Positions 1-10,180 are shown, counted from the stretch's first letter. The stretch is DNA of 64,000 bases from an uncultured Chlorobiaceae bacterium (GCA_964611215.1 CAZSXF010000003.1:68911-132910), one strand, 5' to 3'. Notes: generated from the sequence alone by a model not told the origin. Made by a program: numbers and translations.

Positions 1-157
1 GGTTGACGTCGCCAACCGGTTCGGTCATATAGACCCGCGACACTCCGGTTACGGAAATGCCGTTGCCGGCGTCGAGCCGCTCGACGGCCTGCTGCAGGTT
101 CGCCAGGCGGTCGCCGACGTTCGAGCCGATGCCGATGTATGCCGATGTCGCTGCCAT
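1..157 (-). CDS. folK: 2-amino-4-hydroxy-6-hydroxymethyldihydropterin pyrophosphokinase (HPPK); N-terminal part only, gene runs off the left edge
   Basis: Own translation of the minus strand from ATG at 157 gives MAATSAYIGIGSNVGDRLANLQQAVERLDAGNGISVTGVSRVYMTEPVGDVN... This shows the IGxGSNxGD ... SxxYxTxPxG pattern of HPPK N-termini. It starts 4 nt after the folB stop. It is absent from the ORF track because it is truncated. Confidence 0.7.
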   Translation of the reverse strand, partial: MAATSAYIGIGSNVGDRLANLQQAVERLDAGNGISVTGVSRVYMTEPVGDVN

Positions 158-161
158 CCGT

Positions 162-539
162 TCAGACCCGGTCGATCCGGTGTTCCGCTTCCGCATAGTC
201 GCACAGGGCTCCGAGCGGGAGGGTCCTTTTGCGTACTTTCACCGTCACCCCGTCAAGCATCGGAAAGCGCTGCATGAGCCCATCGGCGATCCAGACGGCG
301 AGTGTTTCGATCAGCGCCGCTTTTTTGCCTGTCATGACGTTTCTGATGGTTTCATGGGCCATGCTGTAGTCGACGGTGCGTGCGACGTCGTCCGCTTCCG
401 CTGCAGGCAGGAAATCGAAGCGGAGTTCGGCATCCACCTCATATTTGCCGCCGAGCCGCTGCTCTTCGCGGTGGACGCCATGCCAGGCGTAGAACGATGC
501 ATTGACCAGTCTGATGCACGATTTGTGGTTGACGCTCAT
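162..539 (-). CDS. folB: dihydroneopterin aldolase
   Basis: 125-aa ORF. YAWHGVHREEQRLGGKYEVDAEL and DYSMAHETI resemble the FolB tunnel-fold signature. It sits directly upstream of folK. Confidence 0.85.
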   Translation of the reverse strand: MSVNHKSCIRLVNASFYAWHGVHREEQRLGGKYEVDAELRFDFLPAAEADDVARTVDYSMAHETIRNVMTGKKAALIETLAVWIADGLMQRFPMLDGVTVKVRKRTLPLGALCDYAEAEHRIDRV

Positions 540-672
540 TTTCGTTCAGGACGGGATTTGGTTCACTGACGTTGTGAGTGAATGTACGCCTTTCGGCAGT
601 GTCGTGCAAAATCGCCGCCGCCGTTTGGACGAAGGCGATCCCGGATGGTGAGGTGCCTGCAAATTCAGGGTG

Positions 673-712
673 AAAATGGTACTTTCCATGAGGTTAAAAT
701 GGTACTTTCCAT
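673..712. repeat. tandem perfect 17-bp direct repeat AAAATGGTACTTTCCAT (673-689 and 696-712); candidate operator at the nadC promoter
   Basis: Read directly from the sequence. Each copy contains ATGG-N6-CCAT. The second copy ends 30 nt before the nadC start. Confidence 0.6.
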
Positions 713-741
713 AAAGCCTTTCGTAACCGCCAACTTCTCAC

Positions 742-1647
742 GTGACTGCCGCTATGGGAGATAACAGGAAAAACCACGCGTTCCGGGAATTTTTCGAAAC
801 CTGCAGGACGCGGGCCCTCCAGCTCGCGATCGAAGAGGATCGCTACCAGGGAGATTACACCACACTGTCGACAATCGACCCGGAGCAGACCGGTTCGGGC
901 ATCGTCGAAGCCAAGGCTGAAGGCATCGTCGCGGGAGTCGATGTCGCCCGCCAGGTCTACAAGCTGCTGGACCCCGCGCTTGAGCTGACGGCGATCATCA
1001 GGGACGGCCAGCGGGTCTATCCCGGCGAACGGATTCTTGAAGTCAAGGGCCGCATGGCCCAGATCCTGATCGGGGAGCGGACCGTCCTGAATTTCATGCA
1101 GCGGATGTCGGGGATCGCAACCCGGACGAACATGTATGTCGAACGGGTCAGCCATACCAACGCGTCGATTCTCGATACGAGGAAAACGGCTCCCGGGCTC
1201 CGTTATTTCGACAAGGACTCGGTACGTATCGGCGGTGGCCTCAACCACCGCTTCGGCCTGTTCGACATGATCCTCATCAAGGACAACCATATCGACGCGG
1301 CCGGCGGCGTCGGCGAGGCGGTCAACAGGGCCCGGACCTACTGCCAGACCCATGCGCTTCCGCTGAAGATCGAGACGGAGGTCCGCAGCATGTCCGAGCT
1401 GAAGCAGGCCTGCGAAAGCCAGCCGGATATCATTCTGCTGGACAACTTCATGGTTGACGGGCTTGCCGAGGCGGTTCGCTGGATCAAGGGCAACGGTTAT
1501 GGTGGCATCAGGCTTGAGGCATCGGGCAACGTCGGCCTGCACAATGTTTCCGAAGTTGCCATGACCGGTGTGGATTACATTTCCGTGGGTGAACTCACCC
1601 ACAGTGTCAAGGCGCTGGACCTGTCGATGAACATCGAGCTTGCCTGA
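742..1647 (+). CDS. nadC: nicotinate-nucleotide pyrophosphorylase (quinolinate phosphoribosyltransferase)
   Basis: 301 aa. Motifs LIGERTVLNFMQRMSGIAT, ILDTRKTAPGLR and DMILIKDNH are typical of QPRTase. GTG at 742; an in-frame ATG alternative is at 754. Confidence 0.95.
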   Translation: MTAAMGDNRKNHAFREFFETCRTRALQLAIEEDRYQGDYTTLSTIDPEQTGSGIVEAKAEGIVAGVDVARQVYKLLDPALELTAIIRDGQRVYPGERILEVKGRMAQILIGERTVLNFMQRMSGIATRTNMYVERVSHTNASILDTRKTAPGLRYFDKDSVRIGGGLNHRFGLFDMILIKDNHIDAAGGVGEAVNRARTYCQTHALPLKIETEVRSMSELKQACESQPDIILLDNFMVDGLAEAVRWIKGNGYGGIRLEASGNVGLHNVSEVAMTGVDYISVGELTHSVKALDLSMNIELA

Positions 1648-2003
1648 TGGAGGTCGGTGTCGACATCGTCGAGATTGCACGCATCCGGGAGGTGTACCAG
1701 GCGCATGGCGACGCCTTTCTCCGGCGTATCCTGACCGACGCCGAGATCGAGCTCTGCCGGTCCCGGCCGGACCCCGTCGAGACCCTTGCCGGGCGGTTCG
1801 CCGCAAAGGAGGCGTTGTCGAAGGCGTTGGGCACCGGGTTCGGTGCACGTCTTTCCTGGCATTCCGTCGAGATTCTCAGCGACCAGGGCGGCAAGCCCCA
1901 GGTCATTCTGCACCGTTGTCCCGACGTCAGGGCAACGGTCTCCATTTCTCACGACCGCCACTCAGCGGTTGCGGTCGCGCTGGTCATCGGCCAGCCCTCC
2001 TGA
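1647..2003 (+). CDS. acpS: holo-[acyl-carrier-protein] synthase
   Basis: 118 aa. GVDIVEIARI and RFAAKEALSKALGTG are ACPS-type PPTase motifs. The ATG overlaps the nadC stop (TGATG). Confidence 0.9.
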   Translation: MEVGVDIVEIARIREVYQAHGDAFLRRILTDAEIELCRSRPDPVETLAGRFAAKEALSKALGTGFGARLSWHSVEILSDQGGKPQVILHRCPDVRATVSISHDRHSAVAVALVIGQPS

Positions 2004-2038
2004 ACTTTTCCCTGTTTTCCCGATTGCCAGAAACAGCA

Positions 2039-2061
2039 CAGGGGCCCCGATGGGGCCCCTG
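2039..2061. terminator. GC-rich hairpin between convergent acpS and tig (caGGGGCCCC gat GGGGCCCCtg)
   Basis: 10-bp stem with a 3-nt loop, read from the sequence. It lies in the 93-nt convergent gap. There is no clear U-run. Confidence 0.55.
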
Positions 2062-2096
2062 CTGGACTGTCTGTGCGTGTTTTTCCTGTGGGGAGA

Positions 2097-3407
2097 TCAG
2101 GCTTCGGCCTCTTCCTCTTCGTCGTGCGACGGGATCGGCTTGGCTTCTTTTTCGATCTTCACCTGTGATTTGATGAAGTCGTAGATCTTCTCCTTGATGA
2201 GGGTGTCGACGATATAGTCCCTGAACTCGTTCGACAGGTAGGTGCTCAGCAGGTCTTCTGCCTTGAGCTCGGTGTTCTTTTCCGCTTCCTTCTCCGCATA
2301 GGCCCTGATGTCGTCGTCGGTGACGGTCAGGTTGTTGACCTGCGCAATTTTCTGGCTGACCAGGAGCCAGCGGGCATGCTTTTCGGCGTTCGGCCTCATG
2401 GCTTCGAGGAACTCGCTTTCGTTGATTGCCTTCGGAAGCTTGCCGCCGATCTGGCGCTTGGCGTTTTCGACGAGCATGTTCTGGAACGAAGCGACCATAG
2501 CCTTCGGGGTGGGAACGGCGTGGTCTTCGACGAGCTTTGCCGAAATGGCTTCAAGCAGGTCCTGTTCCGACTTGCTCGTGAAGTGCTGCTCCAGCTGCTT
2601 GCGGACGTCTTCCCTGAAATCGGCGACGTTCGAGAAGCGCTCGTGGGTGATCTCCTTGACCAGTTCGTCGGTCAGTTCAGGCAGTTCGAGGCGTTTGATC
2701 TCCTTGATGTCGACCCGGTAGCGGACCGTCTCAGCCCCCTCTTCTTTCGGCTCGATGGTCACGTCGACCGATTCACCGGCTTTCTTGCCTTCGAGTGCCG
2801 TGCGGAACTGGTTGTCGGCAGGCAGGTAGTCGAGGTTGAAGTGGTGGTTCTCGTTGCTCTGGCCTTCGATCGGCTGACCTTCCGCGTCGAGTTTTGCGAT
2901 GTCGGCGATGACGGTGTCGGAAGCTCCTGCGGCCTCGTCGCTGCTGACCAGCGTGCCGTGGCCCTTGAGGATCATTTCGATTTCGCGTTCGACGGCAGCG
3001 TCGTCGACGGTGTATTCAGTCTGGGTGAAGCTATAGGTGGTAATATCCTTCAGTTCGAATTCCGGGTGGATTTCGTACGACATCCTGATGGTCAGGGTGT
3101 CGCCGTCGAACGTGTAGTTCTCGATCTGGGCGCGGCTTGCAGGCTTGATGTTTTCCTCTTCGGCAATTGCCGCGAAGTGCTTCGATGCCATTTTCTCGGC
3201 GATGGTCGCCTCGATGGACGGCCCGACGAATCGCTTGAGCATGCCGGCGGGCACGTGACCCTGGCGGAACCCCTTGATCTTGACGGACCTGCGAGCTTCT
3301 TCAAATTCCTGATCAAGCTCGGGCTTGAACTCTTCGGCAGTCAGAATGATTTCAAGTTCCTGCTCGATGTCGCTAACATTCCTGATATTCTTTTGCAAAG
3401 CTGTCAT
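2097..3407 (-). CDS. tig: trigger factor
   Basis: 436 aa. The N-terminal ribosome-binding signature GFRQGHVP (GFRxGxxP) is present. Domain order and the acidic C-terminal tail are typical of Tig. Confidence 0.95.
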   Translation of the reverse strand: MTALQKNIRNVSDIEQELEIILTAEEFKPELDQEFEEARRSVKIKGFRQGHVPAGMLKRFVGPSIEATIAEKMASKHFAAIAEEENIKPASRAQIENYTFDGDTLTIRMSYEIHPEFELKDITTYSFTQTEYTVDDAAVEREIEMILKGHGTLVSSDEAAGASDTVIADIAKLDAEGQPIEGQSNENHHFNLDYLPADNQFRTALEGKKAGESVDVTIEPKEEGAETVRYRVDIKEIKRLELPELTDELVKEITHERFSNVADFREDVRKQLEQHFTSKSEQDLLEAISAKLVEDHAVPTPKAMVASFQNMLVENAKRQIGGKLPKAINESEFLEAMRPNAEKHARWLLVSQKIAQVNNLTVTDDDIRAYAEKEAEKNTELKAEDLLSTYLSNEFRDYIVDTLIKEKIYDFIKSQVKIEKEAKPIPSHDEEEEAEA

Positions 3408-3439
3408 GACCGGTTAAGTGTTAAAAATGCAAGATTGCA

Positions 3440-3445
3440 ATTATA
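3440..3445 (-). promoter_or_regulatory. candidate -10 box (TATAAT on minus strand) of tig
   Basis: The minus strand reads ...CCCCCCCCTTTTTTTTaaacgatgaaaatgttgTATAATtgcaatc... The hexamer lies 32 nt before the tig ATG. The T8 run sits where a -35 element would be. Confidence 0.4.
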
Positions 3446-3479
3446 CAACATTTTCATCGTTTAAAAAAAAGGGGGGGGC

Positions 3480-4781
3480 TTACCTCGATGGTCTGTAGAC
3501 CAGCGTTGAGAGGAGGTCGGGGATGCGAAGGGATGCGGTCGCCCGGGCGATGGCGGCAGCGTCGACCGATTCGATGCACTGCGCTTTTTCCGCTGGGGGC
3601 AGGTACCTGCCGAAAAAGAAGATATCCTGGGCCATGTTCGACATGCGCCGGGTCATCTTTTCCATGCCCATGATCATCGAACCGAGGATCTTGGATTTCG
3701 CGGCTTCGATTTCGCTTTCGTCAGGCTCCAGCAAGGCATTGCCGGAAAAAAGGCTACCGATGGTTTGCAGGGTCTTTGCCGTTTTGCCCTTGTCGGTGCC
3801 CGCGTAGATGTTGAAGGTCGTCAGTTCGTCGAGGTAGGCCATCGACGAATAGGCCTGGTAGACCAGCCCGCGTTTTTCGCGAAGTTCGAGGTTCAGGATG
3901 GAGCTCATGCCGCTGCTGAGCATGGCGTTGAGCACCGTGAGTCCCCAGTAGTTGGCGTCGTCGCGGGCGACGACGGTGCCCTGCAGCACCTGCGCCTGGC
4001 AGACGCTTTTTTTCAGGGTTGCCGAGAAGGGGCGGTAGGCCGCAGGATCGAACAGTTTCCGTTGCTGCAGGCCGGACGGCGGGGTTGCTTCGAGATGGCC
4101 GAAATGCCGTGCCGCCAGTGTTGACAGTTCGTCGTGGTCGACGTTGCCGACGGCCGCCAGCAGCATTTTTTCCGGTACGTAATTGCGGCTCATGAAGGCG
4201 CGCAGGTCCGCGCCGGTGAGTTCGTCAATGCTCTCTTCGGTGCCGAGGATTGGGGTGGCGAGCTGGTGGCCGGGGAATGCCCGCATGTCGAAATCCTCGA
4301 AGATCAGCTCTTCGGGTGTGTCGTTGATGCCGGCGATCTCTTCCAGCACCACCTCTTTCTCCTTTTCAAGTTCCGCCTCGGGGAAGGTCGGTTCGCAGAT
4401 GAGGTCGGCGAGCAGGTCAATGCCGAGCCCGAGCTGCTCGCGCAGGCACCTGACATAGATGCAGGTCTGCTCCTTGGTGGTCCATGCGTCGATGTAGCCG
4501 CCGGCCTCCTCGATGCAACGGGCGATTTCCACGTAGTCCCGCCTGCGGGTGCCCTTGAAAACGGCATGTTCGATGAAGTGGGCGATGCCCTCCTGTCCGG
4601 GGGGATCTTCCCTGGAGCCCGCATTGATCCAGATGCCTACCGTGACGCTGTGCACGTACGGGACATGGTTGCTGACGACCTGGAGGCCGTTGGAAAGCGT
4701 ACCGGTTTCGATGACGCCTACCGAGAGGCGTTCGCCGGCAAGCACAGGGCTGACGTCTGCGGATGCGATTTTTTTTCTCAC
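3480..4781 (-). CDS. M16 family (pitrilysin/insulinase-like) zinc peptidase
   Basis: HFIEH (HxxEH inverted zincin motif) with a downstream E-rich region. The ORF-track start at 4886 adds an implausible N-terminus, so GTG at 4781 (VRKKIASAD...) is preferred. The start is uncertain. Confidence 0.85.
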   Translation of the reverse strand: MRKKIASADVSPVLAGERLSVGVIETGTLSNGLQVVSNHVPYVHSVTVGIWINAGSREDPPGQEGIAHFIEHAVFKGTRRRDYVEIARCIEEAGGYIDAWTTKEQTCIYVRCLREQLGLGIDLLADLICEPTFPEAELEKEKEVVLEEIAGINDTPEELIFEDFDMRAFPGHQLATPILGTEESIDELTGADLRAFMSRNYVPEKMLLAAVGNVDHDELSTLAARHFGHLEATPPSGLQQRKLFDPAAYRPFSATLKKSVCQAQVLQGTVVARDDANYWGLTVLNAMLSSGMSSILNLELREKRGLVYQAYSSMAYLDELTTFNIYAGTDKGKTAKTLQTIGSLFSGNALLEPDESEIEAAKSKILGSMIMGMEKMTRRMSNMAQDIFFFGRYLPPAEKAQCIESVDAAAIARATASLRIPDLLSTLVYRPSR

Positions 4782-4900
4782 GTTCCGGGATGGATTTGAG
4801 TGCAATGTAAGTTTTATTCTTCTTATTATTATGAACAATTCCAAGCAGTGCCGGACAGCCCGGATTGCATAACATCCAGCCTTCAAGGCACTATTTTTTC

Positions 4901-5902
4901 ATGTCAGGGACTCCGATATTCATCACCGGTGCGACGGGTTATCTTGGGGCGCAACTTGTGTTCAGCCTTCTCCGGCAGTTCGGTGATTCGATCCGGTGTC
5001 GGCTTGCCGTCCGGAGCGGTTCCGATACCTCCTGTTTCCGTGGTCTCCCGGTTGATTTCGTCCAGGCGGACCTGCGTGATGCCGACGCGGTGACCGAAGC
5101 GGTCGCCGGTTCGGAGGTGGTGTTCCACTGCGCTGGCCTTATCGCCTATACCGCGAGCTTCAGGAACCGGTTGTACGAAACCAATGTGCTCGGTACCCGA
5201 AACGTGGTCAATGCCTGCCTTGCCGCAGGTGTCAGGCGGCTGGTGGCGACCAGCTCGATTGCGGCCATCGGTGCTCAGAGCGGGACGGAGAGCGTGAAGG
5301 AGTCGAACGAGAGTTCGATGTTCTCCGAATGGCAGCGCCGCAACCCTTACATGGAGTCCAAGCATCTTGCCGAACTTGAGTGTCGCCGCGGCTTTGCCGA
5401 GGGGCTCGATGTGGTGATGGTCAACCCGGGCGTGGTGATCGGCGCGGGCGAACACCCTCGTGAGGCTCCCGGAAGTTCGTCCAACGAGGTGCTCCGGCTC
5501 ATTTATCGCGGCCTGCTGCCGTTCTGCCCCGACGGGGGCACCGGCTTCGTGGATGTCCGCGATGTGGCCGAAGCCCATGTCGCGGCATGGCGCAAAGGCA
5601 GGCCGGGCGAACGCTACATCATTGTCGCCGAAAACCTGACGTTCAGGGAGCTGTTCGGACGCATTGGCCAGGTGCCCGGGAGCCGTACGAAAATGCCGCA
5701 CCGCATTGCCGGGGCGCTGGCATCGCTGACCGGGTGCTGTGGCGAACTCTGGTCGTTCATCTCCGGGCGTCCTTCGTTCATCAGCCTTGAGAGCCTCCGC
5801 CAGGCTTCCCGGCAGGCAACGTACAGCAACAGGCGCTCGGTGACCGATCTCGGCATGGTATACCGGTCATTCCCGGAGACCCTGAAGAGCGCCATGGCAT
5901 AA
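4901..5902 (+). CDS. NAD-dependent epimerase/dehydratase (extended SDR, dihydroflavonol-reductase-like)
   Basis: ITGATGYLG Rossmann motif and YMESK (YxxxK) catalytic motif. ATG at 4901 is preferred over the track start at 4865. Confidence 0.8.
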   Translation: MSGTPIFITGATGYLGAQLVFSLLRQFGDSIRCRLAVRSGSDTSCFRGLPVDFVQADLRDADAVTEAVAGSEVVFHCAGLIAYTASFRNRLYETNVLGTRNVVNACLAAGVRRLVATSSIAAIGAQSGTESVKESNESSMFSEWQRRNPYMESKHLAELECRRGFAEGLDVVMVNPGVVIGAGEHPREAPGSSSNEVLRLIYRGLLPFCPDGGTGFVDVRDVAEAHVAAWRKGRPGERYIIVAENLTFRELFGRIGQVPGSRTKMPHRIAGALASLTGCCGELWSFISGRPSFISLESLRQASRQATYSNRRSVTDLGMVYRSFPETLKSAMA

Positions 5903-5944
5903 CCTCCCCCCAGAACCGTTTTTACCATACAAACTGAATGCCCC

Positions 5945-6979
5945 ATGGAAAAAGATACCGCACAAAAGCAGCAGACGGTCGACCCCGCCAGGCTCAAACA
6001 GCTCAACCTGGCCATCGAAACCCTTGAAAAACAGTTCGGCAAGGGTGCTATCATGCGGCTTGGCGACGATTCGGCCATCATGCACGTCCAGTCGATTTCG
6101 ACGGGCTCCATGGCGCTCGATTATGCCCTCGGCGTCGGCGGGTTGCCGCGTGGACGGGTGACCGAGATCTACGGTCCCGAGTCTTCGGGCAAAACGACCC
6201 TGGCGCTGCATGCCATTGCCGAAGCGCAGAAGGCGGGCGGTATTGCGGCCATCGTCGATGCCGAGCATGCGTTCGATCCGGTCTATGCCCGCAAGCTCGG
6301 GGTCGATATCAATGCGCTTCTGGTCAGCCAGCCGGAGTCGGGCGAGCAGGCGTTGTCGATCGTCGAAACGCTGGTGCGCAGCGGCGCAGTGGATATCGTC
6401 GTCGTCGATTCGGTTGCCGCGCTGGTGCCACAGGCCGAGCTTGAAGGCGAGATGGGCGACAGTGTCGTCGGTCTGCAGGCCCGGCTCATGAGCCAGGCGC
6501 TCCGCAAGCTCACGGGTGCGATTTCCAAGTCGAGTGCGGTCTGCATTTTCATCAACCAGCTTCGTGACAAGATCGGCGTCATGTACGGCAACCCGGAAAC
6601 GACGACCGGTGGCAAGGCCCTGAAGTTCTACTCCTCAGTTCGGCTTGATATCCGGAAGATCGCCCAGATCAAGGATGGCGAGGAGATCGTCGGCAACCGC
6701 ACCAAGGTCAAGGTGGTCAAGAACAAGGTTGCGCCGCCGTTCAAGACCGCGGAGTTCGACATCCTGTACGGAGAGGGGATTTCGACCCTTGGCGAGCTGA
6801 TCGACCTTGCCGTCGAGTTCGGCGTCGTCAAGAAGGCCGGCGCCTGGTTCAGCTATGGCACCGAGAAGCTCGGGCAGGGGCGCGAGGCGGTCAAGAAACT
6901 GCTTCGTGAAGACCAGGTGCTCCACGAGACGGTGCGCAAGCAGGTCAGGGAACTGATGGCCGGGCCGGTCGCCGGTTGA
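5945..6979 (+). CDS. recA: recombinase RecA
   Basis: 344 aa. Walker [10 protein letters not shown], the L1/L2 regions, and a highly canonical RecA sequence throughout. Confidence 0.98.
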   Translation: MEKDTAQKQQTVDPARLKQLNLAIETLEKQFGKGAIMRLGDDSAIMHVQSISTGSMALDYALGVGGLPRGRVTEIYGPESSGKTTLALHAIAEAQKAGGIAAIVDAEHAFDPVYARKLGVDINALLVSQPESGEQALSIVETLVRSGAVDIVVVDSVAALVPQAELEGEMGDSVVGLQARLMSQALRKLTGAISKSSAVCIFINQLRDKIGVMYGNPETTTGGKALKFYSSVRLDIRKIAQIKDGEEIVGNRTKVKVVKNKVAPPFKTAEFDILYGEGISTLGELIDLAVEFGVVKKAGAWFSYGTEKLGQGREAVKKLLREDQVLHETVRKQVRELMAGPVAG

Positions 6980-6998
6980 AGGGTTTCGGGGTTCGACG

Positions 6999-8042
6999 AT
7001 GCGCATAGGCACGATTGACATAGACCGCCCGGTTATTCTCGCCCCGATGGAGGATGTGACCGACCGCGCCTTCCGGCAGCTTTGCAAGCGTCACGGGGCG
7101 GATATCGTGTATACGGAGTTCATCAGTGCGGAGGCCTTGCGGCGCGGGGCGGAAAAATCGATCCGCAAGCTCGCCGTCGATACTTTCGAACGTCCGGTTG
7201 CCGTGCAGATTTTCGGCAGTACGGTCGAGTCCATGGTCGAGGCCGCGGCCATCGCCGAGACCTATGAGCCCGATTACCTGGATATCAACTTCGGATGCCC
7301 GGTCAGGAAGGTTGCCGGGCGCGGTGCCGGTGCGGCGCTGCTCCAGGAGCCGGAGAAACTGTCGGCGATCGCCTCGGCCGTCGCCCGTGCGGTGAGCATT
7401 CCGGTGACGGCAAAGACCCGGATCGGGTGGGACCACGACTCGATCAACATCAGCGGGATCGTCAGGCGGCTGGAGGACGCCGGCATGCAGGCCGTGGCCG
7501 TCCATGGCCGCACGCGAAGCGACATGTACAGCGGCAAGGCCGACTGGAGCCGTATCGCCGAAGCCAAGGCAGCCTGTTCCATTCCGGTTATCGCCAATGG
7601 CGACGTCTGGGACGAGGACGATGCCGTGGCGATCCTTGAGGCGACGAAGGCCGACGGCGTCATGATCGGGCGCGGGGCGATCGGCAATCCCTTCATCTTC
7701 GCCAGAGCGGCGAGCCTGGTCCGGCAGGGGGTGCGTTTGCCTGCTCCGACCTACCGGGAGCGTATCCGGGCAGCGCTCGACCATATGCGCCTTTCCGTCG
7801 AGTACAAGGGCGAGCGGCACGGCATCCTTGAGATGCGCCGCCATTACTCGACCTATCTCAAGGGGCTGCCGGGAGTTTCCAGGGTCCGCAACCTGCTGGT
7901 TCGTGAGCAGGACCCTGAGGTCGTTGCCGAACTGCTCGCCGGATTTGAGGCGGATTGCGAAGCGCTTGAGCGTGAAGGGCGCCTCTCTGGGCCGGGGGAG
8001 TTCCTGAACGACCATTCCCCGAGATTGACCTTGAACTATTGA
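6999..8042 (+). CDS. dusB: tRNA-dihydrouridine synthase (DusB/NifR3 family)
   Basis: 347 aa. ILAPMEDVTDRAFR, DINFGCP and VHGRTR motifs of the FMN TIM-barrel Dus family. Confidence 0.9.
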   Translation: MRIGTIDIDRPVILAPMEDVTDRAFRQLCKRHGADIVYTEFISAEALRRGAEKSIRKLAVDTFERPVAVQIFGSTVESMVEAAAIAETYEPDYLDINFGCPVRKVAGRGAGAALLQEPEKLSAIASAVARAVSIPVTAKTRIGWDHDSINISGIVRRLEDAGMQAVAVHGRTRSDMYSGKADWSRIAEAKAACSIPVIANGDVWDEDDAVAILEATKADGVMIGRGAIGNPFIFARAASLVRQGVRLPAPTYRERIRAALDHMRLSVEYKGERHGILEMRRHYSTYLKGLPGVSRVRNLLVREQDPEVVAELLAGFEADCEALEREGRLSGPGEFLNDHSPRLTLNY

Positions 8043-8089
8043 ACCGTTATCTTGACCTGTAGAACTACTATTTCCTAACCATCATCGAT

Positions 8090-9112
8090 ATGAGCAGTGC
8101 AGAATCCGGCTATCGCGTAGCCGTCCTCGGGGCGACCGGCCTTGTCGGGAGAACCATGATCCAGGTGCTTGAAGAAAGGAATTTTCCTGTCAGCGAACTG
8201 GTCCCGCTCGCCTCTCCGCGCAGCCTGGGGCAGGTGGTCACCTTCAAGGGACGTGAATTTGTCACCAGGGTGCCGTCGGTCGAAATGTTTTCCGGGGTTG
8301 ACATCGCCCTTTTTTCGGCAGGCGCTTCGGCAAGCCAGGAGTGGGCTCCGGTGGCTGCCGGTGCCGGTGCCGTCGTCATCGACAACTCTTCGGCGTTCCG
8401 TATGACGGAGGGTGTCCCGCTTGTCGTCCCGGAGGTCAACCCCGAAGCGATTTTCGACGCCGAAGGCAAGCCCCACAAGATCATCGCCAACCCGAACTGC
8501 TCGACGATACAGATGGTCGTGGCGCTCAAGCCGCTCTACGACTGCTACGGGATCAGGCGCGTGGTGGTGTCGACCTACCAGTCGGTCACCGGCAAGGGCA
8601 AGGTCGGCCGGGATGCGCTTGAGCGCGAGCTGGCCGGGGAGCTGCCTTCCGGGGAGTTCACCCATTTTCACCAGATCGCCTTCAATGCCGTGCCGCAGAT
8701 CGACGCCTTCACGGAGAACGGGTATACGAAAGAGGAGATGAAGATGGTCAACGAGACCAGGAAGATCATGGGCGACGATGAGATCCAGGTATCGCCGACC
8801 ACGGTGCGCATTCCGGTCTATGGAGGCCATGGCGAGTCGCTGAACGTCGAACTCAAGAGCGATTTCGAGATCGGCGAGGTCCGGGCCCTGCTTGCGGGTT
8901 CGCCGGGCATCGTCATGCAGGACGACCCGTCCGCCCGGCTCTACCCGATGCCGCTGACCTCCTATGAAAAGGACGAGGTGTTCGTCGGCCGTCTCCGCCC
9001 CGACTACTGGCAGCCGCGTACCCTGAACCTCTGGGTCGTCGCCGACAACCTCCGGAAGGGGGCCGCGACCAACGCCGTCCAGATCGCCGAGGAGCTGGTG
9101 GGCAGGCGCTGA
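8090..9112 (+). CDS. asd: aspartate-semialdehyde dehydrogenase
   Basis: 340 aa. N-terminal GATGLVGR and the active-site motif NPNCSTIQ. Confidence 0.95.
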   Translation: MSSAESGYRVAVLGATGLVGRTMIQVLEERNFPVSELVPLASPRSLGQVVTFKGREFVTRVPSVEMFSGVDIALFSAGASASQEWAPVAAGAGAVVIDNSSAFRMTEGVPLVVPEVNPEAIFDAEGKPHKIIANPNCSTIQMVVALKPLYDCYGIRRVVVSTYQSVTGKGKVGRDALERELAGELPSGEFTHFHQIAFNAVPQIDAFTENGYTKEEMKMVNETRKIMGDDEIQVSPTTVRIPVYGGHGESLNVELKSDFEIGEVRALLAGSPGIVMQDDPSARLYPMPLTSYEKDEVFVGRLRPDYWQPRTLNLWVVADNLRKGAATNAVQIAEELVGRR

Positions 9113-9120
9113 GCATCCCT

Positions 9121-9152
9121 CCGGCACCACCGGCCAGTGTGCCGGGAATTTT
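9121..9152 (+). terminator. hairpin CCGGCAC-N11-GTGCCGG followed by gaaTTTT, downstream of asd
   Basis: 7-bp stem read from the sequence, starting 9 nt after the asd stop. Confidence 0.5.
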
Positions 9153-9319
9153 CAGGAACGAGGCCGTCCCGGAAACCGCATTGCGATTGCCGTATACCAT
9201 GTTTTCCCGGTAGCGTCGGGTTCCCCGCCCGACCTCTTCTTTCGCTGCCGGGGTTATTGCTGATGGATGATAGATAGCGTATCCGCCTGCTCGGGATTGA
9301 GCGCCGGTGTGCGAGCGTG

Positions 9320-10180
9320 TCAGCCTTCCGATGCGAAGGCTGCAAGCGCGGTGCTTGCGGCCCGGATGATGCCGGTGCTTACCGCACTGCCCCGGAGGTC
9401 GTCGCCGGCCATTCGCTCAGGCGGTACGCCGAGCGGTTCGATGGCGCATGCGGTCGCCGAGGCGATGCGCCGGACGGTGGCCGGATCGGCGGCGAGTCCC
9501 GTCACCTTCACCCTGGGATGCGGCGAAGCACCCAGCTCCCGGATAGCGAAGAACTCCCGTTCACTGCCGTTGCTTGCCGGCCAGTACTTGAGGCATTCGG
9601 TCATGCCGCCGTTCGAAACGAAGAAGGATGCGTAGCCGTGCTCCAGTTCCAGGACGGCCATCGGTTCACCGCAACCTTCGCTGAGCCGGACGATCGGCTC
9701 GATATGCAGGCCGTCGGCAGCGATGCGGTGCTGCCGGGCAAGCTCCTTGCGGAGCGTTCTGGCTGGTTCCGCCTTGTAGAACATCATCAGGGCCGGGGCA
9801 AGGCCTTCGTGGCCTTCGCCGCAATGTCGCAGCGGCATCGTCTGCCATGCCCACTCTTCGACATTTCTGACGAAGTAGCCGGCTTCGATGGTGCAGAGCT
9901 GTTCGCGCTGCGCCGTCGAGATTCCGGAAGGGAACCATACCGGAAGGGTCAGGATGGCCGAGGGAGAGAGTGACAGGGTGACCGGTTCGTCTGGCCATTT
10001 TTTCAGTGCCGCGCTGATTTTTGCAATGGCTTTTGCGCCTTTCGCACCATGCAGGGCGTCAAGGCCGGTGTCCAGGGTTCTGCTGGCGGTTACCGTGCAT
10101 GAGCCGGACCCGGAGGCGGTTGCCCTGACGATGGTTGTTCTGGACGCGTCAAGCGAACAGACGATCATGCTCCTGCTCAT
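9320..10180 (-). CDS. hypothetical protein; possibly an actin-like/PilM-like fold (weak)
   Basis: 286 aa with native-looking composition, unlike the + strand shadow ORF 9317..9973. Its ATG overlaps the comEA stop by 1 nt (TAATG). I recognise no diagnostic motif. Confidence 0.5.
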   Translation of the reverse strand: MSRSMIVCSLDASRTTIVRATASGSGSCTVTASRTLDTGLDALHGAKGAKAIAKISAALKKWPDEPVTLSLSPSAILTLPVWFPSGISTAQREQLCTIEAGYFVRNVEEWAWQTMPLRHCGEGHEGLAPALMMFYKAEPARTLRKELARQHRIAADGLHIEPIVRLSEGCGEPMAVLELEHGYASFFVSNGGMTECLKYWPASNGSEREFFAIRELGASPHPRVKVTGLAADPATVRRIASATACAIEPLGVPPERMAGDDLRGSAVSTGIIRAASTALAAFASEG

